From: Eubacteriales bacterium
Lineage (GTDB): Bacteria > Bacillota > Clostridia > Oscillospirales > CAG-272
NCBI GenBank assembly: GCA_045656385.1
Contig: JAZORB010000025.1
Coordinates: forward strand, 1-41,210
Length of the DNA stretch: 41,210 bases
Direction: 5' to 3'
Shown here: positions 29,656 to 39,144 of the stretch, one piece after another
Position numbering within the stretch: position 1 is the stretch's first letter
Layout: every line of letters begins with the position of its first letter
The notes under the pieces: model-generated
Databases searched by the model: none
Told to the model about the DNA's origin: nothing
The model's input: only the letters and a program-made list of their open reading frames with translations
Position numbers and translations under genes: made by a program

Positions 29656-32175
29656 ATGGCAGAACAATCGAGGGTATACGGAAATTTCCGCGGCGTGGAC
29701 TTCACGAGCGACCCTGCACAGGTCTCGCCGTACCGTTTTTCTCATTGCGTGAATATGTGGAAGGACTACGAGTCGCAAAACGGAATTGCCGTGGAGACCT
29801 TTCCGGGGTATCGACGGCTGACTCTATCAAGCGCAGGTACGAGTAAGGTGAACGGAATCCATCGGTACAAGGGGCGCATTCTGCTGCATACGGGAACGAC
29901 GTTGTGGGAGGTCGTGGATCTTAAAAGTCCAACCGGACAAGGAGGACTGGAATTAATCCATGTAGGTCTTGCAGACCACAAAAGCACCTCGTTTGTGTGG
30001 GGGGATTGTCTCTACATCCTCGATGGGGAAAAGTATCTTTGTGTCACATTGGAGAAAAGCCCCATTACAGGAACTGATGTTTGGAAAATCGAAAATGTTA
30101 ATGATGTTGCCTACGAGCCGACCGTCGAGGTGAACGGGACAGAGGTCGAGCAGAGGAATATCCTTTCCAACAAGAAGAAAAAGACGTTCTCGCTCGGGAC
30201 GATGGAGTCGACGCATTCTCCATATATGGTCTTCGCCGATGCGACGATGATCGTAGGAGAGAATAACGTTGCCTTTGCTGGATTCGGCACCAAAGTGCCG
30301 AATCGCGTCATCAAGATCCCCGACACGGTAACGATAGACGAAAATGTAAAAACCGTCGTAGAAATCTTAGATTTCGATTTGGTGACTCAAGGCAGTTTCG
30401 ACATCGTGATACCGTCAACCGTACAATACATAGGCGGCGCGGCATTCGAAAAAATGATTTTGAACCAAAATATCAACCGAATTTGGTTCGGCGGATCGGC
30501 GGCGCGATGGAGCGCATTGCGCGAGACATACTCAGGATTTGCGAATTTGGGAAATTCGGGTCGTCCGATCTACTTCGGTCAGGTGCCCGACGCGGACGTT
30601 CTCTACTACGACGGAGACCTGAGCGACACCGACGTCAATAAGATTGCCGATAGGCACAACGCAACATTTACATACGTCGAGAAAACGAGCGGAAGCACGT
30701 TGAAGGGGAGCTACATCTCCGTTGCGAACGGCTTGCCTGAAATCAAGAAGCTATCTACGACAGCGACGGAGCAATACGTCCTCTCGGGCGAGGACAAGGC
30801 ATTCCCCAAATGCACCCTCGTCCAGTCCTTCAACGGCAACCTCTTCTTCTCGGGAAGCCCCGACGCTCCCTCTAAAATATGGTGGTGCGCCGCGCCGAAG
30901 GATACGGGCATTCCCAATCCCACCTACATCGGCGAATACAACTTTGACCTTTGCGGTCTTGACGATTCGCCAATCGTTTCGATGATGGCGCAGTCATCCG
31001 TCCTCACCGTCTTTAAGCAGAAGAGTGATCAGGACGCGACCATCTATTACTACTCCGCATTGCAGTCCGAGAGCGACCTTGTCCCGAGCATCTACGCCGA
31101 GAGCGAGGGCGGATCGGGCATCGCGTGCATCGGACCGTCCTGCAACTTCCTTGACGATGCGGTCTTTCTCTCCAAGCGCGGTCTTGAGGGAATCCAAAAG
31201 ACGGCGGTCAATCTTGAACGCTCCGTTGTGCATCGCTCCTCCTTCGTGGATGCGAAGCTCCAAACCGAGGATCTTTCAAAGGCGTGGCTCCTCGAATGGA
31301 AGGGATACCTTTGCGTCCTCTTCCCGAACGGTCATATGTACCTCGCCGACTCTCGCAGAACGGCGAGCGGCAACGAGGGGACAGAGTACGAATGGTTCTA
31401 CGTTGAGGGGTTGAGGGGATACGAGACCGATTCTACGATTTACGCTTATGCGGACGAGGGAGATTACAACGAATACGTCGCGCTTACGGGTGTGGGAATA
31501 AAGCCCGACTACATCAAGGTAAACAACGATGCAACGAGAGACGACGTCGCATTCGGGACTATCGCATCCTTTGAGAGCGTGGTAGGCGGAAAAACCTACA
31601 TTCACTACTACGAGAAGGAAACATCGTATCTATGCCGTCCAACGGACGAATACGCTGATGGAAACGGCAAGGACATCACCTGTGCCGCCGTCATTGACGA
31701 CGTTCTTTACTTTGGAGCGGGCGGCGCACTCTATTGCATCAACACGGACAAAAGAGAGGGCGACACCATCCCCAATGAATATTACACCTTCTGCGGAAGG
31801 CGTTACAAGTCGGGCTTCGTCACCTTTGCGGACAACTGCGGCGTTCCGCATCTCCGCAAAAAGATCATCAAGAAATCTTTGGTGGTCAAAACAAAATCTA
31901 TGGATAACAGCAAATTCTATCTCAAGGTAGGAACAGACCGTGTTCCCTTCAACGAGAACGAGGAGGTACACACGAGCGGCACGCTCGACTTCGGCGCGTT
32001 GAAATTCGACACGATGGATCTGTTCGACCAAGACAAAACGATCGTCCCATTCAGGGCTTCCGCGAAGAAGTTTGTCGAGGCGCAATTGATGCTGTATTCG
32101 GACGGCTTCAAGCGACCGTTCGGCGTATACAGTATGGCGTTCCGCTTCGAGGTCACGGGACGGGTAAAGGAGTAA
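29656..32175 (+). CDS. Large tail/baseplate-like structural protein with BspA-type LRR insert (start 29641 or 29656)
   Basis: 839 aa. IKIPDTVTI...VIPSTVQYIGGAAFE LRR-like segment. Confidence 0.55.
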   Translation: MAEQSRVYGNFRGVDFTSDPAQVSPYRFSHCVNMWKDYESQNGIAVETFPGYRRLTLSSAGTSKVNGIHRYKGRILLHTGTTLWEVVDLKSPTGQGGLELIHVGLADHKSTSFVWGDCLYILDGEKYLCVTLEKSPITGTDVWKIENVNDVAYEPTVEVNGTEVEQRNILSNKKKKTFSLGTMESTHSPYMVFADATMIVGENNVAFAGFGTKVPNRVIKIPDTVTIDENVKTVVEILDFDLVTQGSFDIVIPSTVQYIGGAAFEKMILNQNINRIWFGGSAARWSALRETYSGFANLGNSGRPIYFGQVPDADVLYYDGDLSDTDVNKIADRHNATFTYVEKTSGSTLKGSYISVANGLPEIKKLSTTATEQYVLSGEDKAFPKCTLVQSFNGNLFFSGSPDAPSKIWWCAAPKDTGIPNPTYIGEYNFDLCGLDDSPIVSMMAQSSVLTVFKQKSDQDATIYYYSALQSESDLVPSIYAESEGGSGIACIGPSCNFLDDAVFLSKRGLEGIQKTAVNLERSVVHRSSFVDAKLQTEDLSKAWLLEWKGYLCVLFPNGHMYLADSRRTASGNEGTEYEWFYVEGLRGYETDSTIYAYADEGDYNEYVALTGVGIKPDYIKVNNDATRDDVAFGTIASFESVVGGKTYIHYYEKETSYLCRPTDEYADGNGKDITCAAVIDDVLYFGAGGALYCINTDKREGDTIPNEYYTFCGRRYKSGFVTFADNCGVPHLRKKIIKKSLVVKTKSMDNSKFYLKVGTDRVPFNENEEVHTSGTLDFGALKFDTMDLFDQDKTIVPFRASAKKFVEAQLMLYSDGFKRPFGVYSMAFRFEVTGRVKE

Positions 32176-32179
32176 CACT

Positions 32180-33055
32180 ATGGATGAAATTAAAAAGCTT
32201 GAAGATGCGGCCGTAGACAAGGTACGGGTCGCAAACTCAAGGACGCGCCCCAGCTCCTCGGGGCTTTACGGGACCGACGCATTGGACGCAACGCAGGTCA
32301 AGGAGCTCTTCGACAAATACCCCGACCTTCTACGAGGAAAGCTCGAAGAAGTCATTAAATTCGCAAACGATCTTCTCGGCATTCTCGGTAACGGCGTAGA
32401 TGGAGCGACAATCACGGGTGCCTTAAACTCTCTCTCTGAGCGCGTTGGGAAAGATGACATTGACGAGGACTCGCGCTTCGACTCAAACACGCTTGCAAGC
32501 GCTATTTTGAAGCTCTCCGCTGACTTAAAAGAGTCAGAGTCATCCATCTCCGACCACGAAGAACGAATCGAAGGTGTAGAGGACGGTCTGTCAACCATTT
32601 CCATTGCTTACGATGCCACGGAGGAGAAGATAACCTTTACCGACTCTAAGGGCAACAAGAAGGAAATAGACCTGCCGATTGAGTCGCTTGTGACAGGGGC
32701 ACGACTCGACGGAGACGATCTTGTTCTCGAATTGGAGGGCGGAACGGAAGTGAGAGTGTCGATGGAAAAGATCGCAGATGCAATATCTTCCGTCGCAGGC
32801 TCTGTAATCCCCGCCGATGACACGCATATTTACTCGGAAGGCTCTTACATCGTATTCAAGGATACAAACGGAAAGACCGTGAAGGTTCGCTCGTTCAATG
32901 CGGACTCTTACTTCGGCGATATCGAAGAAGCCCTCGATGCCATCCTTGAAATTCAAAACTCCCTCATCTTCAACCAAATCCTTGACGATATCATCGAGGA
33001 GCAAGGGGAAGTCCTTGAAGCGCAAGACAACCTGATCGGAGGCGAGACGGAATGA
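32180..33055 (+). CDS. Fibre/needle-like coiled-coil structural protein
   Basis: AAGGAG RBS. Helical heptad-rich sequence in the tail gene block. Confidence 0.45.
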   Translation: MDEIKKLEDAAVDKVRVANSRTRPSSSGLYGTDALDATQVKELFDKYPDLLRGKLEEVIKFANDLLGILGNGVDGATITGALNSLSERVGKDDIDEDSRFDSNTLASAILKLSADLKESESSISDHEERIEGVEDGLSTISIAYDATEEKITFTDSKGNKKEIDLPIESLVTGARLDGDDLVLELEGGTEVRVSMEKIADAISSVAGSVIPADDTHIYSEGSYIVFKDTNGKTVKVRSFNADSYFGDIEEALDAILEIQNSLIFNQILDDIIEEQGEVLEAQDNLIGGETE

Positions 33056-33795
33056 GCATTGAGAGTAGAAGAAGCCAAATCACCGCTAATAACGAGCTGA
33101 TCAAGGCAAAAAGCCAAGAGGTCTATGATGCAGGAGTCGAGGATGGCAAGAAAGCGGAGTACGATGCGTTTTGGGATGTCTTTCAAGGAAAGGCTGGAGG
33201 AAGGACAAACTATACAAACGCTTTTAGTTATAGTGGTTGGCAAAATGCTAACTTCAAGCCTAAGCACAAAATAAAACCTCAATACGCGAGCCAAATGTTT
33301 TATTCGACAAGCATTGCGGACGTTGCAGCACCTCTAAAAGATTTACCTTTGGATTTTAGTAAATGCAGGTCATACGGAAGCCTGTGCCAAAGCTCGATGA
33401 TAGAACATTTCCCGCCTTTGAATGTGGCAGAATCTACTGCAACCAATCAAACATTGGTTTTTCATAATTGCCAAAGGTTGCACACCATCGACTTGCTGAC
33501 CGTCGCAGAACACAACACATTCCAGAACTGGTTTTCATCGTGTCCTTTGCTTGAAAACATCGCCTTTGAAGGCACAATTGCAAATGATATCAGCTTTGCC
33601 GACTCTCCCAAACTTACTCTTGACTCGCTTCTAAGCATCATAAGAAGCCTTGCCGATTTCACAGGGACAGAAAACGAGCATACGCGAACTTTAACGCTAT
33701 CTCAAGCATCTGTTGACATCTTGAACGCAGATAATATATCTTGGATTGGGTCTATGGTACAAATCTACAAAAAGTGGAGTCTCGAAGTGCTTTAA
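33052..33795 (+). CDS. LRR-containing tail fibre/receptor-binding candidate, paralog 1
   Basis: Paralogous to 33805..34446 (AEYDAFWD, FEGTIANDI.FAD, LEVL end). Confidence 0.55.
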   Translation: MSIESRRSQITANNELIKAKSQEVYDAGVEDGKKAEYDAFWDVFQGKAGGRTNYTNAFSYSGWQNANFKPKHKIKPQYASQMFYSTSIADVAAPLKDLPLDFSKCRSYGSLCQSSMIEHFPPLNVAESTATNQTLVFHNCQRLHTIDLLTVAEHNTFQNWFSSCPLLENIAFEGTIANDISFADSPKLTLDSLLSIIRSLADFTGTENEHTRTLTLSQASVDILNADNISWIGSMVQIYKKWSLEVL

Positions 33796-33804
33796 GGAGG
33801 AGTT

Positions 33805-34446
33805 ATGAGTATAGCAGAAAAATTACAACTAATCGCCGAGAACGAGCAGAAGGTCTTTGATGCAGGCAAGCAAGCGGAGTACGATGCGTTTTGGGATGGA
33901 TTCCAAAGTTACGGCGCGCCTTCGTCTAATCTTGCCTATCGCTTCTACAAATGGAGAGATGGGTATTATAACCCGAAACATCCTTTCAAAGTGCAAGGTG
34001 TGAATACTGTCAGCAGAATGTTTAGTTATACTGATATCACTGATACGAAAGTTGATATTGATTTTAGCGGAAGCACGACCTCTTCAAACAAATCGGCAGT
34101 ATTTGAATACGGTCGGAACTTGAAGATTATTCGCAAAGTAATCGTGAATGAACTCATCCCCTACGGAGGTTGGTTCGTCGGATGCACGGCTCTTGAAGAA
34201 ATCCGTTTTGAAGGCACTATCGCAAACGATATCAACTTCGCGGATTGCGAGAACCTTACCCTTGAGTCCCTGCGAAGCATTGTAGATGCGCTCAAAGATT
34301 GCTACCATCAAGAAGATGAGTGGACTCACACCCTCACCATCTCCAAAGCGTCAAAGGACAAGCTCGACGAAGAAATGGCAAGCGGCGGATGGGATTATGC
34401 ACTACGCTATATCGAAGACAAGGCTTGGAATCTCGAAGTACTTTAA
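33805..34446 (+). CDS. LRR-containing tail fibre/receptor-binding candidate, paralog 2
   Basis: As above. 25-nt identical DNA block 33154-33178 = 33874-33898. Confidence 0.55.
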   Translation: MSIAEKLQLIAENEQKVFDAGKQAEYDAFWDGFQSYGAPSSNLAYRFYKWRDGYYNPKHPFKVQGVNTVSRMFSYTDITDTKVDIDFSGSTTSSNKSAVFEYGRNLKIIRKVIVNELIPYGGWFVGCTALEEIRFEGTIANDINFADCENLTLESLRSIVDALKDCYHQEDEWTHTLTISKASKDKLDEEMASGGWDYALRYIEDKAWNLEVL

Positions 34447-34458
34447 GGAGGAACAAAT

Positions 34459-34749
34459 ATGTTTACACAAGTCAAAAGCATCGTACCAAACACGATTATG
34501 GAGCTTCACGAAAGCGGTGATTTTTACAAAATCAAGCCCGCCGACGGCTACAAGCTCCACGCGAAGGGATTCGACATCGAGATCTACGACGAGGCAGGGC
34601 GTTTCGTTGAGACCAAAAAGAGGTACACGAAGGTCTTTGTCACCTGCGGAGTCAATTATGATTTCGAAGCAAATCCGAGAGAGTTTTACGCGGTGGAGGA
34701 CTCCCCCGAAATCGACGGAAGCGCAGAGGAGGCGACGGAATGGTTTTAA
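34459..34749 (+). CDS. Hypothetical protein
   Basis: AAGGAGG RBS. Confidence 0.6.
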   Translation: MFTQVKSIVPNTIMELHESGDFYKIKPADGYKLHAKGFDIEIYDEAGRFVETKKRYTKVFVTCGVNYDFEANPREFYAVEDSPEIDGSAEEATEWF

Positions 34750-35093
34750 TTCTGCTTGACCACGGCGTGTTCGGCGGCGTCGGGAACAAGGTCACGGTGG
34801 ACATCCCAAGCGGATTCGTCACAATCGGCGGAAAGACCTCCTCGTTCAAGGACGGCACCTTCACGGTCGCCGAGCGTCCCGACGGGGAATATCCCGTACA
34901 TATCGCAACGGACAAGGGTAAGCGCATTGAATGCGACCCCGTCCGCTTTATCGGAGGCAAGGTCGTACCTACGACACCGCCGTCCACCTATCACGCATAC
35001 AAGCTCATCAAGGGCTTGAACGAGCGTTTTGCCAAAATGGAGAAGGATTTCTCCGAGATCAAAGAAAAATACGGGGAAGTGTCCCTGTTCTAA
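34740..35093 (+). CDS. Hypothetical protein
   Basis: ORF track, overlap-coupled. Confidence 0.55.
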   Translation: MVLILLDHGVFGGVGNKVTVDIPSGFVTIGGKTSSFKDGTFTVAERPDGEYPVHIATDKGKRIECDPVRFIGGKVVPTTPPSTYHAYKLIKGLNERFAKMEKDFSEIKEKYGEVSLF

Positions 35094-35103
35094 GGAGGAA
35101 ACT

Positions 35104-35718
35104 ATGAAAAAGATTTTTTTACTGCTCTGCCTTCTCTTGGCTTTGTCAATGGTCTTCGTTACCGTTGGCGCAGAGGCGGCCCCCGAAGCAGCCTCGGAAG
35201 CCGAGGAGCAAACCATCTCCTCTGTTATCTACGGATATTTCACGGAATATTCGGGCGAGATTTTTTCTGCGCTGTCCTTTTTGGGCGCGGTGATCCTTTC
35301 TATCTTCTACAAAAAAGGACTGCTCCCTGCCGTCAACAAATCTGTCGGATTGCTTGACGACAATTTGAAGGCGGGCATTTCCGCGGCAAAGCAAATGGCA
35401 GAAAACACCGATGGGAAGCTCGACAAATTCGTAGAGAGCATCCAGCCCGTCATCGAAAAGCTGGAGAACGTCCCCGAGGTCGTGGAGCAAATGTGCAACG
35501 AAAACAAAAAGCTTGAGACGGAGCTGAAGAAGGCGACCACGGAAAAGGAGATTCTCGCAAAAGCTCTAAAGTCGCAGTCCAAGATGTTCTACGAGCTGTT
35601 TATGGCCTCGAACCTTCCGCAGTTTCAGAAAGACAAGGTCAGCAAAGAGAAGGCGGAGATCGACCATCTGATCGAGGTGCTTGAGAATGAAAACGCAGAC
35701 GAAGTACGCAATCCTTAA
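35104..35718 (+). CDS. Signal-peptide/TM protein with coiled-coil tail
   Basis: AAGGAGG RBS. MKKIFLLLCLLLALSMVFVTVGA leader, second hydrophobic segment. Confidence 0.6.
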   Translation: MKKIFLLLCLLLALSMVFVTVGAEAAPEAASEAEEQTISSVIYGYFTEYSGEIFSALSFLGAVILSIFYKKGLLPAVNKSVGLLDDNLKAGISAAKQMAENTDGKLDKFVESIQPVIEKLENVPEVVEQMCNENKKLETELKKATTEKEILAKALKSQSKMFYELFMASNLPQFQKDKVSKEKAEIDHLIEVLENENADEVRNP

Positions 35719-36046
35719 CATCGTCGGGATGCTGTTCTGCACCGTACCTCCGATCGTCTGCACGCTTCAGTATTTCCCGATATGGGCGGCGCAGGGCGGC
35801 GAGGTGGTGATCCCCGGCATTACCGTGGTTATGCTTCTCCTCTGCTGCATCCCGTTTCACCGACAGATCCGAGCGTATTTCAAGTCCCCGTCGGAGTGGA
35901 GCATGTGGCTGATCATCTTTATCCTCACCTTCCTTTTGGAGAGAATCATTCATTCCTGCGTATCCATTGCCTTTGTGGGCTTCATCGGGAACGCCGTCGG
36001 CGCGCTGCTCTTCAAGTGGCGCGACCGATATAAGGAGGAAAAATGA
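35687..36046 (+). CDS. Polytopic small membrane protein (holin-like candidate)
   Basis: 3-4 hydrophobic segments. ATG at 35687 (the track start at 35681 is TTG). Confidence 0.5.
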   Translation: MKTQTKYAILNIVGMLFCTVPPIVCTLQYFPIWAAQGGEVVIPGITVVMLLLCCIPFHRQIRAYFKSPSEWSMWLIIFILTFLLERIIHSCVSIAFVGFIGNAVGALLFKWRDRYKEEK

Positions 36047-36921
36047 ACGATATCAACAACAGCATCGATCTCGCTTCAAAATCCGCGTATAACACGGTAA
36101 AGTCAAATTGGAGGTCGATCGCATCCATCCTCGTCTGCACCCTTGTGGTGATGGTCTATCTTGCAAAGCCCGAGCTCAGCATCGACGGCATCATTTCCTT
36201 CACGGGAAACTATCTGATCCTTCTTCTGTGCGGGTATGCGATGATGTGGATCTACTTCGATTCGGGCGAGGCGAACGGAATGAAGACCGAGGAATACGTC
36301 AATGCGGAGAAGGATTACCGCGTCCTGCAGATGGAATATGAGGCAATGGACAAATCCAAAGCGGACGGCTTCTGCGAATGGTTCAAGGAATACGAGCTGA
36401 ACAACCACATCACCAAGATCTTAAGGGCTTACCACATCGAGCGATCCGTGTACGACGATTTCCTTGCGGGCAAAGAACAGAATCTCACCTTCAAGGAACG
36501 TCGCATCCTCAAAAGGTGCCGTCGGTGCAAGCCGATCAACCTTGACCGCTTCACCATTGCGGCAAGCGAGGACGGCGCGAGAGGCGGACGAATCGACACG
36601 CTCTCTCCCGATGCAAGGGCAAGGAAGGAGATCGTGCGCTCGGTACTGTTCGCGGCGGTCTTTATGCTGATGTCCGTTTCCTTCGTTTTCAAATTCATCG
36701 CACGGCCGACGCCCGAGACCGTCGTGACCTGCCTTTGGGCTGTCGCTACCGTTTGGTATTCGGGGCTCAAGGGCGCACGTCTCGGCTACCGCAAAAAGGC
36801 GGTACACACGGTGCAATTCTTTGAAACGCAGGGCTTGATTTTTTCGGAATTCAAATCTTTTTGCGAAAGGGAAACAAATGAAGAAGGTAAAGATCAGTGC
36901 GCTGACAAAACGCGAGCTTGA
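36043..36921 (+). CDS. Membrane protein (292 aa; two N-terminal and two C-terminal TM segments)
   Basis: ATGA coupling. Hydrophobic segments. Confidence 0.55.
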   Translation: MNDINNSIDLASKSAYNTVKSNWRSIASILVCTLVVMVYLAKPELSIDGIISFTGNYLILLLCGYAMMWIYFDSGEANGMKTEEYVNAEKDYRVLQMEYEAMDKSKADGFCEWFKEYELNNHITKILRAYHIERSVYDDFLAGKEQNLTFKERRILKRCRRCKPINLDRFTIAASEDGARGGRIDTLSPDARARKEIVRSVLFAAVFMLMSVSFVFKFIARPTPETVVTCLWAVATVWYSGLKGARLGYRKKAVHTVQFFETQGLIFSEFKSFCERETNEEGKDQCADKTRA

Positions 36922-37126
36922 TTCAGTTGTTGAGGCGGCAAACTTCACCGACGAACAGCTTGCTGTTTTCAACGCTCTCAACAAGGACAAATACTACGAT
37001 TACGCAATAATGCGTATTCTCTCCCTTCCCGCTCGGAAATTCTACGAGCTTAAAAAAATCGTGCTTGACAAGGTCGAGAGGATTTCGCATCAATTCGGCT
37101 ACGATCGCGCAATAGGCGCGACCTAA
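36878..37126 (+). CDS. Small sigma-region-4-like/HTH protein
   Basis: LTKRELDSVV...FTDEQLAVFNAL...YAIMRILSLPARKFYELKK. Confidence 0.4.
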   Translation: MKKVKISALTKRELDSVVEAANFTDEQLAVFNALNKDKYYDYAIMRILSLPARKFYELKKIVLDKVERISHQFGYDRAIGAT

Positions 37127-37222
37127 ACTTGACCGAAACCTGATACGCTACACCCTTCTAAAATCCTTAAAATGAAGTTGCAGATCGAAAAGGTCTGACT
37201 TTATTTAAGGAGGCGAATCATT

Positions 37223-37684
37223 ATGGAATTCGCAAGCAAGGGTGTAGCAAACGCAGGTTTGACTACGGGCATCATCGGTACGGCACTCGGAGCGCTCAAC
37301 AACGGAATGTTCGGAGGGATTCTCGGCGGTAACGCCGTGTGTTCCGAGAACATGCCCGTCAATCGCTACGAGCTGTCACAGATGAAGGAGATCGTTGACC
37401 GCGACTCCGAAATCGCGTACCTGAAAGGAAGAGATGCGGCAAAGACCGATTCTCTCGAGCTTTACAAGTACGTCGACGGAAGATTCCGCGGCATCGAGGC
37501 ACAGCTTGCATCGCAGGCAGTTGTGAACGCACAGATTACTGCAAACCTCAGCTGCATGCAGAACCAAATCGCTGTGCTGAACGGACTCACCAAGACTGTG
37601 ATCCCGATTGGCAACGTATGTCCGGAACCTATGCAGCGCTACAATTCGTGGACGGCACCCACCGCCCCGGCAGAAGGCGCGTAA
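37223..37684 (+). CDS. Gly-rich N-terminal membrane segment plus coiled-coil protein
   Basis: AAGGAGG RBS. GLTTGIIGTALGALNNGMFGGILGG. Confidence 0.55.
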   Translation: MEFASKGVANAGLTTGIIGTALGALNNGMFGGILGGNAVCSENMPVNRYELSQMKEIVDRDSEIAYLKGRDAAKTDSLELYKYVDGRFRGIEAQLASQAVVNAQITANLSCMQNQIAVLNGLTKTVIPIGNVCPEPMQRYNSWTAPTAPAEGA

Positions 37685-37687
37685 CCT

Positions 37688-38020
37688 ATGGTTACGGAAG
37701 AAAAGTTTATGAAGGGGCTCCGCGCCTACGCAGACGCGGAGATCCTTCAGAAGCTGCCTAAAAAATCCGCGAAGCGATTCGCAATGGCAACGGTCGTTGA
37801 CTTGATTTCGGAAGCGAGCATTCATTCTCCGTTCGTCGATATGCTCGGCGTAACGCACGAAGGAATGGTCGACGTTGACAAGCTCACCGACAAGATGAAG
37901 AGAAATATGCCTGAAGAGGGGATCGAGCTTCCGATCAAGGTGTTCGGCATCCACTTCACGGATATGATCTTCAAGCGTTCCGACGTTGATTCTCTTCGGA
38001 ATTACGTTATGAACGCATAG
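37688..38020 (+). CDS. Hypothetical protein
   Basis: ORF track. Confidence 0.5.
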   Translation: MVTEEKFMKGLRAYADAEILQKLPKKSAKRFAMATVVDLISEASIHSPFVDMLGVTHEGMVDVDKLTDKMKRNMPEEGIELPIKVFGIHFTDMIFKRSDVDSLRNYVMNA

Positions 38021-38028
38021 GAGGGGCT

Positions 38029-38262
38029 ATGAAGGACGAGATTTTGGAAAAGTTCGAGGACGAGATGGAGGATGTTTGCGAATACCTCGATCTCGCCGAG
38101 CTTGCCGAAAACGCTCCCACGCTCTCCGCTGGACTTCGTGCAATGGCGCACGACGAGTACACTCACGCGAAATTCTTCCGTGAATACTTGAAGGAAATGA
38201 ATTTCCTGAAGCCCGAACACGAGGAGAAGTGGAAGAAAGTCGAAGCGCGGATGCGGAAATAA
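38029..38262 (+). CDS. Hypothetical acidic helical protein
   Basis: AGGAGG RBS. Confidence 0.6.
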   Translation: MKDEILEKFEDEMEDVCEYLDLAELAENAPTLSAGLRAMAHDEYTHAKFFREYLKEMNFLKPEHEEKWKKVEARMRK

Positions 38263-38265
38263 TGG

Positions 38266-38299
38266 GAAAGGGAAGGCATTGCCTTCCCTTTCTTTTTTA
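38266..38299 (+). terminator. Terminator at the convergence of the late and early operons
   Basis: GAAAGGGAAGGC-att-GCCTTCCCTTTC + TTTTTTAT. Confidence 0.8.
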
Positions 38300-38557
38300 T
38301 AGACCGCAGATTCCGCCAATGCCGAGCGCAGAGGATTCGTCTTCGGGTCTCGCAGTATTCTTTGCTGTTGACACGGACTTCAAGGCTTCCGAAAGGTTGC
38401 TCGTGTAACGGACGAGCGCGTCCTCTCCGAGCGCCCTGATTGCCTCGCAAATTTCTCTCAGCTCTACCAAAGATGCCTCATCGACCTTCTTCAGCAGCGC
38501 ATCCAAAGCCTTTTCCTTCAGTTCTTCTGTCTTTTTTTCAATACAAGAAACGTTCAT
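38297..38557 (-). CDS. Hypothetical protein (last gene of the leftward operon)
   Basis: ORF track, AAGGAAG RBS. Confidence 0.55.
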   Translation of the reverse strand: MNVSCIEKKTEELKEKALDALLKKVDEASLVELREICEAIRALGEDALVRYTSNLSEALKSVSTAKNTARPEDESSALGIGGICGL

Positions 38558-38658
38558 AGTACATTCTTCCTTTTTGTTTTTTATTTTTTTAGAAGTTCGT
38601 CATCGAATCTGTATGCAGCTCCCTTTCTAAAGCCGCCTTCTCATTTTTTCGAATGACT

Positions 38659-39144
38659 TCACCAAAATCCACAGGACGACCCGCATTTATGCCACTCTCT
38701 GCTCGAGTATTGCCCGAATTTATAGATGTCTCCGTGCAGACCTTCCTCGATGATTACAATGGCATACTCGTTCTCTTTGTCGCACTCGATTTCATCAAGA
38801 CAATCGTCAAGACTCAAGAAGCGGTCGCTTTCATCGCCGTTTGCCGTGAGGATAATCTGCTTAGCTCTTCCGCAGCAGAAAATGTGAACGATGCCGTCCC
38901 AAGTACCTACCTCTTTACCGTCCACAAGTACGGGCAAATTCTCGCCCTCCAACCTCTCATTCTCCTCGGTGAGTTCCTTGACCTTCTGCTCCTGCGACTT
39001 GATGAGGGCGAGGGTGTCTGCAAGTATTTCGTGATTAAACCACCCTTCGCCGTTCCCTCTTTTTACCCAACCGCCACAATCTTTGAGTGCCTTTATAAGC
39101 GACTGAATTTCATTTATAATATTTTCCGCATTAAGATTTTCCAT
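38659..39144 (-). CDS. Hypothetical protein (161 aa, start MENLNAEN)
   Basis: AAAGGAG RBS at the internal Met of the track ORF. Confidence 0.55.
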   Translation of the reverse strand: MENLNAENIINEIQSLIKALKDCGGWVKRGNGEGWFNHEILADTLALIKSQEQKVKELTEENERLEGENLPVLVDGKEVGTWDGIVHIFCCGRAKQIILTANGDESDRFLSLDDCLDEIECDKENEYAIVIIEEGLHGDIYKFGQYSSREWHKCGSSCGFW

